Assembly (NCBI GenBank): GCA_034677965.1
Contig: JAXDCM010000043.1
Coordinates: 58,440-122,439 of the forward strand
Direction of reading: 5' to 3'
DNA length: 64,000 nucleotides
DNA from: Syntrophales bacterium
Lineage (GTDB): Bacteria > Desulfobacterota > Syntrophia > Syntrophales > UBA5619
The notes beneath the pieces were generated by a model, which worked only from the letters and a program-made list of their open reading frames with translations, had not been told where the DNA came from and ran no database searches. The position numbers and the translations under genes are program-made. Positions 62,115 through 64,000 of this stretch are shown here, one piece after another (position 1 is the stretch's first letter; every line of letters starts with the position of its first letter).

Positions 62115-63711
62115 ATTTCGGATCCTCTTTGTCGGGTGAAGCGGACACTTTTGCATTGCCGGACCTCTGGATCCGGTCATCCTCTTTTCGAACCTCAATA
62201 TTCCATGTCGACAGGGTGGTCCCCAAGGTGTCGTCAAGGGATGTCAAGGAGTTCAGGTAGGTGGTCAATGCGGATAACTCATTCAATTGGGCGGTCTGCA
62301 AGTCCCTCTGAAAGCTGACGAGTTGGAAGTTCGTTGTCCGTCCCGCACTGAGCTTTTCCTGCTCGATTTCGAGCTTCTTCTCGGCCAGTTCCCGTGCCTG
62401 TTTCGCGCTCATCAGGGACCGGTAGTTCGAATCGACGTTCCTGATGGCATTCTGTACATTGATCTCGATGTCGAGCTTCAATTTGTCGAAAGCGAGAGCG
62501 GCCTTTTCCATTTCGGTTTTTGCCCCGAGATAGGCCCGCATATCGGAGGTCATGTATACGAGCGGCACCTCCAGCGACAAACCCACATTCCAGTTTCTCT
62601 CGGAGCCGCTTCCCATCGCCCTGCGGAAGGCGGAACCATAAGTGTCAAAGGTCGCCCCGGCGTCGCCGTCGGTTGTGCCCGCCGTCAGATTGAGGCTCCA
62701 GAGGCGGTTTATCCTATTCTTGGCGAGATCCAATTTCCGCACCTCCAGATCCTGGAGGGCACGAAGATAATCCGTCCGATATTTGAACGCCATTGAAACG
62801 GCTTCCTCCATTGCCGGAGGGGTGATGAGTTGCTCATTTTCGTCCACCGTCCGGAACGAGGTCTTCTTGTCGATATACAGGGCCTGAACAAGGGTCATAC
62901 GGGCTTCATCCAGACTGTTCCGGGCGTTGATGACGGATGTTTCCTGGGTGGCGATGTCCGCCTGGGCCTGGACGATTTCCGTTCCCGCCATACGCCCGGC
63001 CGCGATCATTTCCCTGTTGTATTCATATAGCGACTTTGCCCGGACAAGTCCCATCTCGGCAATCACGAGCTGCCTTTCCGCAGTTTTGTAATTTCGGAAG
63101 GCTGTGATCGCCGCCTTAATCGTTGAAACGATCTTCTCCTTCAGGGAGAGAATGTTCTTCTCCTCCGAAATCCGGGCGATCCTGACATTATATGCTGCGT
63201 TTTCCAGCCCTCCACCCTTGAGGAGGGGCTGCTTGAACGTGATGCTCCAGTCGGAAGAATACTGAAAAGTATTTCCCACATCCGGCCTGTCCCCCGCATG
63301 ATTCCAGGCAAATGTAAACGTTCCGCCTGTCGGAATCGCCAGCGTAGCCGACAGGACGCCGGTCGCGCTCAGGTCTTCGGTCCGACCGGCCGCGGATCCC
63401 TCTGCAGGCGCCATATAGGTGGATATCCGGCCGGCTGCCAGAGTCAGAGAGGGGTCCGTGGGAAGGTAGTATCTTCTTTCCGCGATCTGCAAATCGAGCC
63501 TATTCAGGTAGCGGTCCAGATAGGCGCTGCGGAGATCGACATTGTTGGTCAGAGCGATGAATACCGCATCCGCCAATGTCAGTTTCATCGCAGCGGGTTC
63601 GACCGTCCGGACAATGTCGGCACAGAACCCGCCAGAGCTGCCTGCGGCTAGGAACACAAGGGCAAGAGTGATAATGGCGGTCAGGATCAATTTTTTCATG
63701 AATGCTTGCAT
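62104..63711 (-). CDS. TolC-family outer-membrane efflux protein
   Basis: About 535-aa ORF with a signal peptide and two OEP repeats (LTLADAVFIALTNNVDLRSA...). ATG 63699 is an alternative start. 11-nt overlap with the adaptor gene. Confidence 0.88.
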   Translation of the reverse strand: MQAFMKKLILTAIITLALVFLAAGSSGGFCADIVRTVEPAAMKLTLADAVFIALTNNVDLRSAYLDRYLNRLDLQIAERRYYLPTDPSLTLAAGRISTYMAPAEGSAAGRTEDLSATGVLSATLAIPTGGTFTFAWNHAGDRPDVGNTFQYSSDWSITFKQPLLKGGGLENAAYNVRIARISEEKNILSLKEKIVSTIKAAITAFRNYKTAERQLVIAEMGLVRAKSLYEYNREMIAAGRMAGTEIVQAQADIATQETSVINARNSLDEARMTLVQALYIDKKTSFRTVDENEQLITPPAMEEAVSMAFKYRTDYLRALQDLEVRKLDLAKNRINRLWSLNLTAGTTDGDAGATFDTYGSAFRRAMGSGSERNWNVGLSLEVPLVYMTSDMRAYLGAKTEMEKAALAFDKLKLDIEINVQNAIRNVDSNYRSLMSAKQARELAEKKLEIEQEKLSAGRTTNFQLVSFQRDLQTAQLNELSALTTYLNSLTSLDDTLGTTLSTWNIEVRKEDDRIQRSGNAKVSASPDKEDPKYAR

Positions 63712-63855
63712 CAACCCCCAAAGGGATTACTGCGGCTTCAAAGGCCCTCATGGAAATTTTCGGAAAAGATGCCTGGAATAAATTACCACCCCCAATGGTA
63801 CACTCTCCGTCCATCTGCATCCACTGACGACCGGCATCATTCTTTCGGCCGGTGC

Positions 63856-63884
63856 ATTCTGAAATACATGGATTTGTTTGTCAA
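63856..63884 (-). promoter_or_regulatory. Putative sigma-70 promoter of the exporter operon
   Basis: The reverse strand reads TTGACA (63879-84), 17 nt, CAGAAT (63856-61), about 145 nt upstream of the TolC-like start. Confidence 0.45.
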
Positions 63885-64000
63885 TGCAAAAGAAGACTTG
63901 TGTTGCCGACACAGAATGTGTCCGGATTGATAGCGCACAATCCTTTCGATTTTATAGGGTCACTCATCCTTGATGATATCCTTCAACGCATCCCGAATGT

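Noticed and set aside
63960-64000. Apparent 3' end of another reverse-strand gene (…IRDALKDIIKDE-stop) at the right edge
   Set aside because: Only 13 codons are visible, which is too short to identify or even to be sure it is coding.

Overview
About 55 kb of this window is core housekeeping DNA from a moderately GC-rich Gram-negative genome. The gene content looks Deltaproteobacteria/Thermodesulfobacteriota-like, but that is a low-confidence inference. Positions 1-24650 form one uninterrupted reverse-strand array: four tRNAs, rpmG, tRNA-Trp, secE-nusG, rplKAJL, rpoBC, rpsLG, tuf, then the complete S10 and spc ribosomal-protein operons up to a truncated secY. The usual fusA and the second tuf copy are both missing from this array. 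Next come a 780-codon ORF fusing cysteine synthase to cysteinyl-tRNA synthetase, tRNA-Pro, and an operon yicC-gmk-rpoZ-pyrF-rlmB ending in an orphan pilC. After that: plsC-uppP-ftsK-rimO, ald, a TRAP-transporter/5-oxoprolinase (pxpABC) operon, a membrane-anchored 5'-nucleotidase, mdh, glmM-nagB, queF-yhhQ and tRNA-Gln. The only clearly accessory part is 55.8-63.9 kb. It holds five small Shine-Dalgarno-preceded exported proteins (one a 4x EF-hand protein, three possibly paralogous) and a relic of a duplicated gene end. Directly upstream of them sits a TolC / MacA-like / ABC / FtsX-permease exporter operon whose periplasmic adaptor carries an N-terminal cytoplasmic PAS domain. The two best candidates for something new are that PAS-gated exporter with its possible cargo genes and the CysK::CysRS fusion. 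No CRISPR array, transposase, integrase or rRNA was seen. All calls come from reading the sequence and ORF translations by eye, with no database search.
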